A stretch of DNA of 63,222 bases, filler included, from an uncultured bacterium (lineage in GTDB: Bacteria; B130-G9), in assembly GCA_965372715.1 (NCBI GenBank). It is 3 parts of 3 records of this genome, joined end to end, with 100 filler letters (N's around TTAATTAATTAA, not from the genome) between each part and the next. Parts side by side here need not be neighbours in the genome. Positions count along the whole stretch, not along the records: positions 1 to 26,247 come from CBDVDH010000053.1; positions 26,348 to 52,140 come from CBDVDH010000055.1; 1 more part is not named here. One strand, given 5' to 3'. Of the stretch, positions 18,890 through 28,643 are shown piece by piece. Within the stretch, counting starts at the first letter, position 1; each line of letters starts with the position of its first letter. The notes under the pieces were generated by a model. The model did no database searches. It was not told the DNA's origin and saw nothing but the letters and a program-made list of their open reading frames with translations. A program made the position numbers and the translations under genes.

Positions 18890-19156
18890 CTAGTCCCTCT
18901 TGACCTCATCGACGATGGCGATGATGGCGGCGTCGAGGGGGGTGTCCTTGCTGTGTTTGGCCATGCGGGCGGAGGAGCCCTGGACAACAATCACAAGCTC
19001 GCCGGCGCCGGCGCCGACTGTGTCCTTCGCGATCAGGATGCCGCCCTTGGGCTTCCCGTCCAGGTCAACCGGCTGCACCAGGAGCAGCTTTGAGCCGACG
19101 AGCTTCTCGTCCTTGCGCGTCGCGACAACGTTGCCGATAACCTTGGCGAGTATCAT
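18890..19156 (-). CDS. BMC vertex (pentamer) protein, EutN/CcmL family
   Basis: MILAKVIGNVVATRK..D.VGAG.GE.V..GSSAR..DAAIIAIVD. Confidence 0.95.
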   Translation of the reverse strand: MILAKVIGNVVATRKDEKLVGSKLLLVQPVDLDGKPKGGILIAKDTVGAGAGELVIVVQGSSARMAKHSKDTPLDAAIIAIVDEVKRD

Positions 19157-19205
19157 CTTCTCTCCTTCTCAATCATGTCAAGGATTGTGCAGCGACGGGC
19201 CACAG

Positions 19206-20339
19206 TCAAGCTGAAAGCACGTCCTCATAGACCTCGACGGTCTCTTTGGCACACCTCGCCCAACTGAACTGCCTGTGCCGCCTCTTCCCCGCCTCAATCA
19301 ACTTCCTGGCGAGGACGGGCGAGGTAAGAATCTGGCGCAGCGCCTCGGTCATCGCCTCAACGTCATGCGGGTCAAACAGAAGCCCAGCATCTCCCACAAC
19401 TTCAGGAATGGCGCCGGCATTCGAGGCGGCGATCGGCGTTGAACAGGCCATCGCGGTTACGAGCGGCAGACCGAAACCCTCATAGAGTGACGGCATGACG
19501 AATACGCTCGCGTCCTGCATCAGGCCCATGACTACGCTGTCGGGCAAAAAACCCGTAAAGACCACATCCCGCTCGACGCCCTTCGCCGCGAGCTGCCGCT
19601 GGATTCCACCGGTCAACCACCCCTTTCGTCCAACTATAACCAGTTTGCACTCAGGCTCGTATCTCTTCCGAAGCCAGGAGAACGCGGCCAGAAGCCTCTT
19701 AAGATTCTTTCTTGGCTCCATCGTCCCGATGAAGAGAATGTAATCGCCTTCCCATCCAAGCAGGTGCGAAAGACAGCGGGATTTCAGCCGAGGCGCAAGC
19801 CCGGCGGACTCGAATCCGCCCTCATGGGTCACCGCGACGTTCTCAGACTGGACAGAAAGGTGTCGGACAATGTCCGATCTGACAGCGTGAGAGACCGCGA
19901 TGACGCGGTCGGCGCTGCGAACCGAGCGCTGGGTGGCCCTGCCGAGATACAATCGCCTCAGCCCGGTGAGCGTTTCGGGATGAAGCTTGAACGCGACGTC
20001 GTGGACTGTCACGACGCTCTTTTGACGTAGGAAGGGGGGCGCCACGAAGGCGAGCGAGTGGAGTAGGTCAACCTTCGCCTTAGAGAGCAGACGAGGCAGA
20101 ACCAGCTGCTCGAATAGGATTCTCTGGACCTGCGTGGCTGTGGGGACGAACTTCAGCCGGACGTTCGGCGCCTCGCCCAGCTTGTCGCAGAGAGGATTGG
20201 CTCGGAAAGAGCTCGGCAGTAATATCAGGTATCGGAGTTCGGGATTGGCCCCTGGGACGAGCTCAATTATCCTCCGGGTGTAGTAGCCGGTACCGCTCCG
20301 ATTAAGAGCCTGGAGCGCGTTTATCGCTACGAGTGGCAT
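19206..20339 (-). CDS. Glycosyltransferase family 4
   Basis: VTVHDV, GTMEPRKN, PSLYEGFGLP. Confidence 0.93.
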   Translation of the reverse strand: MPLVAINALQALNRSGTGYYTRRIIELVPGANPELRYLILLPSSFRANPLCDKLGEAPNVRLKFVPTATQVQRILFEQLVLPRLLSKAKVDLLHSLAFVAPPFLRQKSVVTVHDVAFKLHPETLTGLRRLYLGRATQRSVRSADRVIAVSHAVRSDIVRHLSVQSENVAVTHEGGFESAGLAPRLKSRCLSHLLGWEGDYILFIGTMEPRKNLKRLLAAFSWLRKRYEPECKLVIVGRKGWLTGGIQRQLAAKGVERDVVFTGFLPDSVVMGLMQDASVFVMPSLYEGFGLPLVTAMACSTPIAASNAGAIPEVVGDAGLLFDPHDVEAMTEALRQILTSPVLARKLIEAGKRRHRQFSWARCAKETVEVYEDVLSA

Positions 20340-20507
20340 CGGTCAACTCGGCCCGGCAGCCAACGCGACCTAATGACCATTCAGGCCTTGCGTCGTGTTC
20401 CTCAGATACGGCGAGGCGATACGGAGTTGGCAGGCTGGAAAACCCAGCCTACGCTGGGTCTTATCCACGTTGGCGAGCCTCGTACGACGCACTGACGCGA
20501 CCCAGCA

Positions 20508-20918
20508 CTAGTAGCCGGTCCGCTTCTTGGCCGACATGTATTTGTCTTCCCAGTCGTAGTGCATTGGGATGCTGCACCAGCTGCCTTCTGTGGCGTAAAC
20601 AACTGTTATGTGGTTTATTCCGCCCAAAGTCCGGTATGTTATGCCGCCTTCGGCCATTGTCAGCCCTTGCTTCTCCCAATCGTTGGCCGCCGTGCGGATC
20701 TCGGCCACTATGGGACTGAAGTCAAGATTACGGTCCATGAGCCTCTTCTCATCGCATATCTTATCCACCGAGTGCTTAAACAAGAACATGATAACGAGGG
20801 GCTTCAAGACTGCATACGCGGAATAGAGCACAAAGATCAGGACTATTGTCCAGACAATCTTGCGGACAGTTGCTTTATCCTGGTATTTCTTCGACTGCGG
20901 CACTCCCATCGGTCTCAT
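20508..20918 (-). CDS. Single-TM hypothetical protein (DUF4845-like)
   Basis: N-terminal TM helix and a small soluble domain, downstream of pnp. Confidence 0.55.
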   Translation of the reverse strand: MRPMGVPQSKKYQDKATVRKIVWTIVLIFVLYSAYAVLKPLVIMFLFKHSVDKICDEKRLMDRNLDFSPIVAEIRTAANDWEKQGLTMAEGGITYRTLGGINHITVVYATEGSWCSIPMHYDWEDKYMSAKKRTGY

Positions 20919-20960
20919 GTTTATTCCCTCCTGCGTCTCACTTTACGCCGTTGACTCACG

Positions 20961-23213
20961 CTAACCACGATCCCTGTCCCTCCCACGGAAGCCACCGCCG
21001 CTGCTGCGATCGGGGCGCCTTTTATCATCTGCCCCGTCGCGCGACCGACGGCCATTGTATGGCCTGCGAGCCTCAGGTCGTCTTCGGCTCTCCTTTGGGA
21101 GGTCGGCCTTGCTCACGATCTCACCAGGTTCCCGACCGAATGCCGCTTTCCTGCTCAAACGCAAACGGCCCTTCTCGTCAGAAGGCAATACAATCACGGT
21201 GATCTCATCGCCCTCCTTCATGACGTCACTGACCTCGCCGATGCGTTCGTCAGCCATCTGAGAGATGTGCAGCAACCCCTCGACCCCGGGCAGAATCTCC
21301 ACAAACGCACCGTAAGCCTCGACCCGCTTCACCTTGCCTACATAGACCCTACCCTCCTCGGCCTCCGCGGTGAGGTCCTCAATGATCTTCAGCGCCTTGG
21401 CGACTGCCTCCTCGCTGGTCGAGGCAACCCTCACCTCGCCAGAATCATCCACGTCGATCTTGACGCCGGTCTGCTCAATAATCGACCGTATCATCTTTCC
21501 GCCCGGCCCAATCACGTCCCTGATCTTGTCTTTGTTGATCATAATCGTGGTGATTCTTGGGGCGTGAACAGAAAGCGTCTCCCTGCGCTCGGGCAGCGTC
21601 TCAAGCATCTTGTCCAGAATGTGAAGCCGCCCCTGTCTGGCCTGCTCAAGCGCAATCTTGAGGAGCTCTGCGCTGACGCTCCCGCCCTTCACATCGAGCT
21701 GAAGCGCGGTTACGCCGCCTCTGGTTCCCGTGACCTTGAAATCCATATCACCAAGATGGTCCTCAAGGCCCAGGATATCGGAGAGCACACAGTACCTATC
21801 GCCCTCCATAATCAATCCCATGGCGATCCCGCTGACAACATCCTTAATCGGCGCCCCGGCATCCATCATCGCAAGGGTCCCCCCGCAAACCGTGGCCATT
21901 GAGCTCGACCCGTTCGACTCGAGAATCTCGGACACTACGCGAAGCGTGTAAGGGAACTCGGTCTCATCTGGTAGAATTGGCGCCAGCGCCTTTGCTGCAA
22001 GCGCTCCATGCCCGACCTCGCGCCTGCCTGGTCCCCGAAGGAATGAGGCCTCGCCCACGCTGAACGGTGGGAAGTTGTAATGAAGAAGAAAGCGATTGTA
22101 GCTCTCGCCCTCGAGCGCATCGATCTTCTGCTCATCGACGGAGGTGCCAAGCGTCAGAACCACAAGGGCCTGAGTCTCTCCTCTCGTGAACACAGCCGAG
22201 CCGTGAGTCCGCGGCAAAATACCAACCTCGCAAGTAATCGGCCTAATCTCTTCAGGACGCCGGCCGTCCGCGCGAATGCCCTCGTCGAGGATCATTCTCC
22301 TGACGAACTTCTTCTCGAAGTCCTTGAATGCTGACCGAACAAGCAATTTCAGATCATCGTCTTCTTCCTCATACTTGATCAGAAGCTCGTCCCGAAGCTT
22401 CTTTACCGCCGCCTCGCGTTCAAGCTTGTCCTTGATCCTGATGCGCTTGCCGAGCTCATCTTTGACCGTCTCCTCGACCTCTGCTCGGAGCTCGTCAGGA
22501 ACCTGATAGGCGCTGTCGTCAAACTCGCGCTTAGTTTTGCCGGCCGCCTGCTGTAATTGAAGCTGGCATTCGATGATCGCCCCGATCGGCTCCTTGGCGA
22601 ACTCAAGAGCCGCCACAAGGACCGACTCGTCCAACATACGCGCAGCAGCTTCGACCATCACGATAGCGTCCCGTGTCCCCACGCAGACCAGATTGAGCTC
22701 GCTCTCGTCCATCTCAGGAATCATAGGGTTAACCACAAACTCACCATTCATCCGACCAATTCGAACCGCCCCAATCGGGCCATCGAACAGGATGTCGGAT
22801 ACTGTGAGGGCCGCCGATGCCGCATTAAGGGCTATCACGTCCGTGTCGCTCTCGATATCTGCCGATAACACGAACGCTATCACCTGAGTCTCAAAATAGT
22901 AGTTGTCCGGGAACAGGGGCCGAATCGACCTGTCGATGAGTCGCGATGTTAATACTTCCTTCTCGCGGGGCCGTCCCTCACGTTTATAGAAACCGCCCGG
23001 TATCTTCCCCGCCGCATACGTCTTCTCGATATAGTCAACGACCAGTGGGAGAAAATCTGCGCCCTCTCTGGGCTTCTTGTCGGATACCGCCGTCGAAATG
23101 ACCACCGATTCACCATACGTGGCTAATACCGCGCCATCCGCCTGTCTGGCATACTTGCCTGTCTCAAAAACTAATACTCTTCCACCTATTTCAACCTGTG
23201 TCTTATGGAACAT
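20961..23213 (-). CDS. pnp: Polyribonucleotide nucleotidyltransferase
   Basis: GKIPGGFYKREG, RTHGSAVFTRGETQ, ESNGSSSMA, GDMDFKV, KH and S1 domains. Confidence 0.98.
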   Translation of the reverse strand: MFHKTQVEIGGRVLVFETGKYARQADGAVLATYGESVVISTAVSDKKPREGADFLPLVVDYIEKTYAAGKIPGGFYKREGRPREKEVLTSRLIDRSIRPLFPDNYYFETQVIAFVLSADIESDTDVIALNAASAALTVSDILFDGPIGAVRIGRMNGEFVVNPMIPEMDESELNLVCVGTRDAIVMVEAAARMLDESVLVAALEFAKEPIGAIIECQLQLQQAAGKTKREFDDSAYQVPDELRAEVEETVKDELGKRIRIKDKLEREAAVKKLRDELLIKYEEEDDDLKLLVRSAFKDFEKKFVRRMILDEGIRADGRRPEEIRPITCEVGILPRTHGSAVFTRGETQALVVLTLGTSVDEQKIDALEGESYNRFLLHYNFPPFSVGEASFLRGPGRREVGHGALAAKALAPILPDETEFPYTLRVVSEILESNGSSSMATVCGGTLAMMDAGAPIKDVVSGIAMGLIMEGDRYCVLSDILGLEDHLGDMDFKVTGTRGGVTALQLDVKGGSVSAELLKIALEQARQGRLHILDKMLETLPERRETLSVHAPRITTIMINKDKIRDVIGPGGKMIRSIIEQTGVKIDVDDSGEVRVASTSEEAVAKALKIIEDLTAEAEEGRVYVGKVKRVEAYGAFVEILPGVEGLLHISQMADERIGEVSDVMKEGDEITVIVLPSDEKGRLRLSRKAAFGREPGEIVSKADLPKESRRRPEARRPYNGRRSRDGADDKRRPDRSSGGGFRGRDRDRG

Positions 23214-23261
23214 ATCCCTTCCCAATTTTGGGGCCTGGAAGCCCCGTGGAGCACCAAAAAT

Positions 23262-23531
23262 CTACTTGCGAAGACCGAGCCTCTCAATAAGGCCTCGATA
23301 CCTCACGACATCCTGAGCCTTCATGTAGTTGAGATGCCGCCGCCTAGCGCCGACCAGCTTCAAGAGCCCGCGCCTGGAGTGATGGTCTTTCTTGTGCTCC
23401 TCGAAGTGCCGAGTTAAGTCCTCTATTCGACGCGTGAGAATCGCTACCTGAACCTCCGGGGAACCGGTATCCCTATCATGAAGCCTAAACTCTCGAACTA
23501 CCGCTCGTTTTGCATCCCTGTCTAGAACCAT
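23262..23531 (-). CDS. rpsO: 30S ribosomal protein S15
   Basis: [29 protein letters not shown]; upstream of pnp. Confidence 0.98.
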   Translation of the reverse strand: MVLDRDAKRAVVREFRLHDRDTGSPEVQVAILTRRIEDLTRHFEEHKKDHHSRRGLLKLVGARRRHLNYMKAQDVVRYRGLIERLGLRK

Positions 23532-23565
23532 GCCGTGTTGCTCTTACCTCTCTTACTTTTTTTAT

Positions 23566-24816
23566 TTACTCTTCCTCTTTTCTTTCACGGTTACTTTGGG
23601 TCAATGCTATACCTTTGTCAAGACGCTTTGAAATGAACCCCGGCATCGGCCTGCATCCGGGGCCGAGCTCAAGTGCTCTTGAAAACGCTGCGAGCATGCT
23701 CCTCGCCGTTGCGTCCCAGTTGTAAACCTCCTTCGCCCGGCGACGAGCCAAGAGCGAGAGACGGGCCCGGAGCCTGTCATCGCCAAGAAGACGAGATACT
23801 CCCTCGGCGATGGCGCCCGGATCGCCTGGCCTGACCACAATCCCAGCATCGCCGACCATCTTGCGAATCTCGCCCACGTCGCTCGCCACGATCGGCCTAC
23901 CCGCCGCCAGATACTCGACTATCTTGAGCGGACTCTTGCAGACTGTGCTCTCATTCCGCGCGAAGGTCGCAACCCCTATGTCCGCCGCGGCCAGAAACGT
24001 TGGAATCTGCTCATGAGGCACGTAATCTGTGAACGTGAGCCTGGAACCTAAGCCCAACGCCTCTGAAGCGGACCTCAGCATCGCAAGCCGCTCGCCGCCG
24101 CCAACAACCATAAAATACGCTCCCGGCCACTTCTTTGCGACAATCCCCACTGCGCGCAGGAACAGCTCGCCGTAGCTCGCGCCCTGTAATTGACCCATAT
24201 AGACGACCAGCGGGCCGTCGATAGCATACCGCTCCCTAATCTCAGCGCCGCGGTCCTCTGGGTCAAAACGTTCCAGCGCCGCGCCAACCGGGGCCTCAAA
24301 AATGCAGTCTTCACTTACGCCCAATGACCTTGCCTTGTCCTTCAGCGCCTGGCTCGAGACGCACAGCGTTGTCGTGAACCTGGGCAGGAGCCGCTCCAGA
24401 GCATAAACGCAGCCCCCGAACGTTGACGATGGCTGCCATTCCTGCACTATTGCGCTCTCGTTGTCATCCCAGTCATAGCAAACCGGTTTGCCCAAAATCC
24501 TCGCACAAAAAAGCGACGGCATCGAACAGTAAGGCAGGCACTTCTGGAACTCGACAACATCCACATCCCTTGCGAGGTGAACGAGCCGCCGAAGGTTTGC
24601 GTAATACTTAGAATGAAGCCCCACCGCCGCAACCGTCCGCACCCCACGAGGCGCCTCGACCCGCGTCCTGGGAAACCTGGGGGGATCGGCACGCACAGGC
24701 CAGTAGTAAAGCGTGACGTCGTGTCCCATACGCACGAACGCCTCAGCCAGCTCAACAGGCCGAGTAGTCCACGGCTCGTAATAGATGTCGTGCGGTATCA
24801 CCATCAGAATCTTCAT
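23566..24816 (-). CDS. Glycosyltransferase family 4
   Basis: GT-B fold; SPLKIVEYLAAGRPIVASDVG. Confidence 0.9.
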   Translation of the reverse strand: MKILMVIPHDIYYEPWTTRPVELAEAFVRMGHDVTLYYWPVRADPPRFPRTRVEAPRGVRTVAAVGLHSKYYANLRRLVHLARDVDVVEFQKCLPYCSMPSLFCARILGKPVCYDWDDNESAIVQEWQPSSTFGGCVYALERLLPRFTTTLCVSSQALKDKARSLGVSEDCIFEAPVGAALERFDPEDRGAEIRERYAIDGPLVVYMGQLQGASYGELFLRAVGIVAKKWPGAYFMVVGGGERLAMLRSASEALGLGSRLTFTDYVPHEQIPTFLAAADIGVATFARNESTVCKSPLKIVEYLAAGRPIVASDVGEIRKMVGDAGIVVRPGDPGAIAEGVSRLLGDDRLRARLSLLARRRAKEVYNWDATARSMLAAFSRALELGPGCRPMPGFISKRLDKGIALTQSNRERKEEE

Positions 24817-26183
24817 TTGAGCGATTCCAGGACCCGCTCGATCATCTGCTCGGCCATCTCAGCCCACGAACGCTTTCGGGCAACTTCAATGTAAGGTCCC
24901 GGGTTATGCTGCCCGCTGCTCTTGATCCGCAGCACCGTCTCGGCCCTCGTGATGAACTCGTTGGCATCGTCCGCGACCCAGACGAGACTCTCGTAGAAAC
25001 GGAGCACGTCCGGAATTCGCGCGGTGATAACCGGCTTGCCCGCCGCAAAATACTCCAGAAGCTTCACCGGGCTGATCTTCTTCGTCGCCTCGGTAATCTT
25101 GTACGGCATTATGCAGACGTCGAAATACGCTAGATACACCGGCAGCGACCGATACGGCTTCAACCCCAGATAGTGAACGTTCCGCAGGTCGCGGCGACCC
25201 GAGTAGCTCCGCTGAAAAGGCCCAAGCATAACGAATGTCCAACCTGGCCTGCGCCTCGCCACGTCCTCTAACAGCTCAGCGTCAATCCGCTCGTTGAGGC
25301 TCCCAAAATAACCGAACATAGGCCCCCTGACCTTCGGCAAATCGCGCGGACGGTGTGGCCTACGCATCACGACGGCGTTGAAGAGCTCGAAATCGACCCC
25401 GCAAGGGATGAACTCGACGTTCTTATGAAGGTCTTTCTTCCTCTCATAGAGCGCGTATGTCCCGGTCGAGACGAAAGACGCCGCCTGAAGCACCTTCGCC
25501 TCCCGCTCAGCCGCATCCCTCGGCGCCATCGAGAACTCCGTAAACTCGTCCATCACGTCGTAGATCACCGACCGGAAGGGCATGGCCTGCACGAGGCGCT
25601 CGTTGAACGGGAAGTTCAGCCACAGCACGGGCCTCGGCATACGCAGCTTCATCGCCGCCTCCTTCAGATAAGAGACCCAGAGCAGCCGATTGATCGCCCG
25701 TATCAGCCCGATCTTGTTCTCGCCAGGCAAGACGAGCGGCACGAAGACACAGAGATTGTCCGTGATATGCTTCATCCGACGTCCAAGCCAAAGCCCCACC
25801 TCGCCCACAATATGATGAACTGGCACTGGCGATACGTAGCACACCTTGTACTTGCTCGAAAGATGCGACGCAAAATGCTGCGGACGCTGCCAAACCTCGA
25901 ACCATTGAAGTATCGAGGCCAGTATGAACTGCGGCTCAGCCCCATCTTCCGGCTTGTGCCTCGCCCGAAAGAGCCTGAACCGCACCGCATAAATCGGGCA
26001 ACCAAACACAAAACGTAAGAGCGGCCTGACCGACAGGACGCACATCGCAACCACCCCACCAAGCCCCAGCCTCTGCCTTCCCATAACCTGCTGCAACTGC
26101 TTTATCTCCAACCCTCGTGATCCATCAGAAGTCGTTAGCCATCGGCCCGAAGTATCTTGTCCGGCGGCGCATCTGTCAACCAC
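24813..26183 (-). CDS. Glycosyltransferase (GT4-like); start uncertain
   Basis: WQRPQH, YDVMD, GYFGSL, SPVKLLEYFAAGKPVI. Confidence 0.85.
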   Translation of the reverse strand: MVDRCAAGQDTSGRWLTTSDGSRGLEIKQLQQVMGRQRLGLGGVVAMCVLSVRPLLRFVFGCPIYAVRFRLFRARHKPEDGAEPQFILASILQWFEVWQRPQHFASHLSSKYKVCYVSPVPVHHIVGEVGLWLGRRMKHITDNLCVFVPLVLPGENKIGLIRAINRLLWVSYLKEAAMKLRMPRPVLWLNFPFNERLVQAMPFRSVIYDVMDEFTEFSMAPRDAAEREAKVLQAASFVSTGTYALYERKKDLHKNVEFIPCGVDFELFNAVVMRRPHRPRDLPKVRGPMFGYFGSLNERIDAELLEDVARRRPGWTFVMLGPFQRSYSGRRDLRNVHYLGLKPYRSLPVYLAYFDVCIMPYKITEATKKISPVKLLEYFAAGKPVITARIPDVLRFYESLVWVADDANEFITRAETVLRIKSSGQHNPGPYIEVARKRSWAEMAEQMIERVLESLK

Positions 26184-26247
26184 GGTCCGGCCGAGGCCCG
26201 AAAAATCAGATTGACGCCGGCGGCTCTGGCCTTTTGGAGTGCGGCGG

Positions 26248-26347
26248 NNNNNNNNNNNNNNNNNNNNNNNNNNNNNNNNNNNNNNNNNNNNTTAATTAAT
26301 TAANNNNNNNNNNNNNNNNNNNNNNNNNNNNNNNNNNNNNNNNNNNN
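26248..26347. other. Artificial contig spacer
   Basis: 44 N + TTAATTAATTAA (stops in all six frames) + 44 N. Confidence 0.98.
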
Positions 26348-26447
26348 GGCGGTGCTTGCCCCGCCCTTCATACGTTCGGTCACATCAGAGAAGGGCGGGG
26401 CAAGCACCGCCCCTACGATCCCCGACGCCGAATTATGACCCGCCCTC
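26348..26447. repeat. Inverted REP pair and MITE-like end at the contig start
   Basis: ggcggtgcttgccccgcccttc..gaagggcggggcaagcaccgcccctac followed by ttatgacccgccctc. Confidence 0.75.
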
Positions 26448-27156
26448 ATAGGGCGCGCCCCGCGATAGACTGGGCGATGGAATCGAAGATCAGCCGTCCG
26501 TCGGTTGCTCCCAACAGTTCGTCCGAGGCGCGCTCTGGGTGGGGCATTAGTCCAAAGACATTGCGCCTGCGGTTGCATATCCCAGCGATGTTGAACGTCG
26601 CCCCGTTGGGATTGGACTGGGGCGTGCAGTTGCCTTCCACATCGCAATACTTGAGGACTATCTGGTTGTTCTCAAGGAGCGACTTCAATCCAGCATCATC
26701 GATGTAGTAGTTGCCCTCGAAATGGCTTATGGGCATCCGCAAGACCTGCTTGGGGCTGCAAGCCGCGGTGAAGGGTGTGTCTGCCTGCTTCACGAGCAGG
26801 TCAACGAAGCGGCAGATGAAGCGCAGATCGTGGTTTCGAAGCATCGCGCCCGGCAATGCGCCCATCTCCAAGAGAACCTGAAAGCCGTTGCATATCCCTA
26901 ATACAAGTCCGCCATCGTCAATGTATCGCTTCACAGCGGCGATGACAGGAGAATACGCCGCTATCGCGCCCGTTCGTAGGTAGTCGCCATACGCAAAGCC
27001 GCCAGGCAGAATCACGCAGCCAAAACCGTCCAGTTCGCCGTGCGGCGAATTATGCCAGACAAACTCCGCCTCGTAGCCCAATCCCTCGACCGCGGACCTC
27101 GTGTCGTGGTCGCAATTGGTCCCCGGAAACACAACTACCCCAAACCTGACTGTCAA
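26446..27156 (-). CDS. purQ: FGAM synthase glutaminase subunit
   Basis: FPGTNCD, PGGFAYGDYLR, GICNGFQ, GLMPHPER. Confidence 0.97.
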   Translation of the reverse strand: MTVRFGVVVFPGTNCDHDTRSAVEGLGYEAEFVWHNSPHGELDGFGCVILPGGFAYGDYLRTGAIAAYSPVIAAVKRYIDDGGLVLGICNGFQVLLEMGALPGAMLRNHDLRFICRFVDLLVKQADTPFTAACSPKQVLRMPISHFEGNYYIDDAGLKSLLENNQIVLKYCDVEGNCTPQSNPNGATFNIAGICNRRRNVFGLMPHPERASDELLGATDGRLIFDSIAQSIAGRAL

Positions 27157-27222
27157 CTGGAATCCCCTTCAGACGGAAATGGCCTCGGACATTCTTTGCA
27201 GGATTGCGACTGAGATAGTGTC

Positions 27223-27480
27223 CTAGCTCTTGTCCAAGAGCTCTATCTTGAAATCCTCGATCACGGGATTTGACAGCAATCGCTTCGACATCTGCGTAAG
27301 AAGCGTCATGAGTTCCTCGTCGTCAAGGCCCTTGTCATTCAGCTTGACGTCGAACGCCTTGCCCTGCCGAACGTCCTGAACGAGCCCATACCCAAGCCCG
27401 TGCAGCGCCTCGCTTATCGTCCGTCCCTGCGGGTCAAGAACGTCCTTCTTTAGCCAAACGACAACCCTTGCTCTGCGCAT
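27223..27480 (-). CDS. purS: FGAM synthase small subunit
   Basis: LKKDVLDPQG, VRQGK, LLSNPVIE. Confidence 0.95.
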   Translation of the reverse strand: MRRARVVVWLKKDVLDPQGRTISEALHGLGYGLVQDVRQGKAFDVKLNDKGLDDEELMTLLTQMSKRLLSNPVIEDFKIELLDKS

Positions 27481-27521
27481 ATCGCTCCCCAATCGAAGGT
27501 CCATCAATCTACAAAAACAAC

Positions 27522-27548
27522 ATTATATCCCGCGCCCTGTTCGGTCAA
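27522..27548 (-). promoter_or_regulatory. Probable promoter of purS-purQ
   Basis: Minus strand TTGACC, 15 nt spacer, TATAAT (spacer is short). Confidence 0.45.
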
Positions 27549-27551
27549 GCC

Positions 27552-27583
27552 ATTGTGGATTGTGGATTGCGGATTGCGGATTG
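27552..27583 (+). repeat. Heptamer tandem repeat (ATTGYGG) x4.5
   Basis: attgtgg attgtgg attgcgg attgcgg attg. Confidence 0.85.
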
Positions 27584-27659
27584 TTCAGGCTGATCTGGAA
27601 ATTCTCCCGGGGTGCACGTAACATATATTATTTGAGAGTCGATTGTAACGGGAGACACT

Positions 27660-28523
27660 GTGGCGAACCAGAAGAGCATTTGGGGCGATCAAGAGCTTTC
27701 GCCGACGTACAGCCTTGATGACCCCCGTACCGAGGTATATGTCGGGGACTGCCGCGGGGTGCTCGCTCAGCTGCCTGAAGAGAGCATTGATCTTATCTTC
27801 GCGGACCCGCCCTTCAACTGGAACGTCCGATACACCGACTGGGACGACAACATGCGTCGCGAGGATTACTTGGACTTCACGTATCAATGGCTCGACGCAT
27901 GCATCCGTGTCCTTGCGCCTCATGGCTCGCTCTGGGTCAACATCCCCGACGACTGGGCAGCCGAGGTCGTGCTGCACCTGAAGGCTCGCAAGCTCCAGAT
28001 GATCAACTGGTGCATCTGGCACTTCAGGTTCGGCCAGTGCCGCGATTCGAGCTTCATCGTGTCGAAAGCCCACGTGCTCTATTTCGCAAGGGACCGCAAG
28101 AAGCGAATCTGGAATCCGGATGCCATCTTGGAATCTTCTGACAGGGCGACGCTCTATAACGACGCGAGGACCCGCAGGACGCGTAGGCCCGGCCTTCGCG
28201 TGCCGCTAGACGTCTGGTATGGCCCCTACCTCGGCCGGATACAGGGCAACAATAAGGAGCGACGACCCGGCCATCGCAACCAGATCCCAGAGCTCTATAT
28301 GCGGCGAGTAATTTCGGCCTGCTCAAACGAGGGCGACCTGGTCCTCGACCCGTTCCTGGGCAGCGGCACAACCTGCACGGTGGCCCGAGCACTGAACCGC
28401 CGCTCTATCGGCATCGAGTATAGTGAACCAACAGCCAAATCCGCCTTCGACCGCATCAAGAACGGCGCCGTCAGAGTGGGCTCCGGCCGCGATCCCTTCG
28501 TTCAGCCCCCCCTCTCGCTGTAA
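27660..28523 (+). CDS. Orphan N6-adenine/N4-cytosine DNA methyltransferase (beta class)
   Basis: DPPF motif IV precedes DPFLGSGTT motif I; no neighbouring endonuclease. Confidence 0.92.
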   Translation: MANQKSIWGDQELSPTYSLDDPRTEVYVGDCRGVLAQLPEESIDLIFADPPFNWNVRYTDWDDNMRREDYLDFTYQWLDACIRVLAPHGSLWVNIPDDWAAEVVLHLKARKLQMINWCIWHFRFGQCRDSSFIVSKAHVLYFARDRKKRIWNPDAILESSDRATLYNDARTRRTRRPGLRVPLDVWYGPYLGRIQGNNKERRPGHRNQIPELYMRRVISACSNEGDLVLDPFLGSGTTCTVARALNRRSIGIEYSEPTAKSAFDRIKNGAVRVGSGRDPFVQPPLSL

Positions 28524-28643
28524 GCGATTTGCGGTTTCGCCTATTGCTAATGTAGAATGTCAATTCTATTGTCATATCCTGTTTTATGTTCCGCGCGAGT
28601 CGCGGGCGTGTAACATCACCGTCCCCAATAAGGAGGGAAAGAC

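Noticed and set aside
26292-26303. TTAATTAATTAA palindrome inside the N runs (also 52185-52196)
   Set aside because: Standard artificial six-frame-stop contig linker, not biological.
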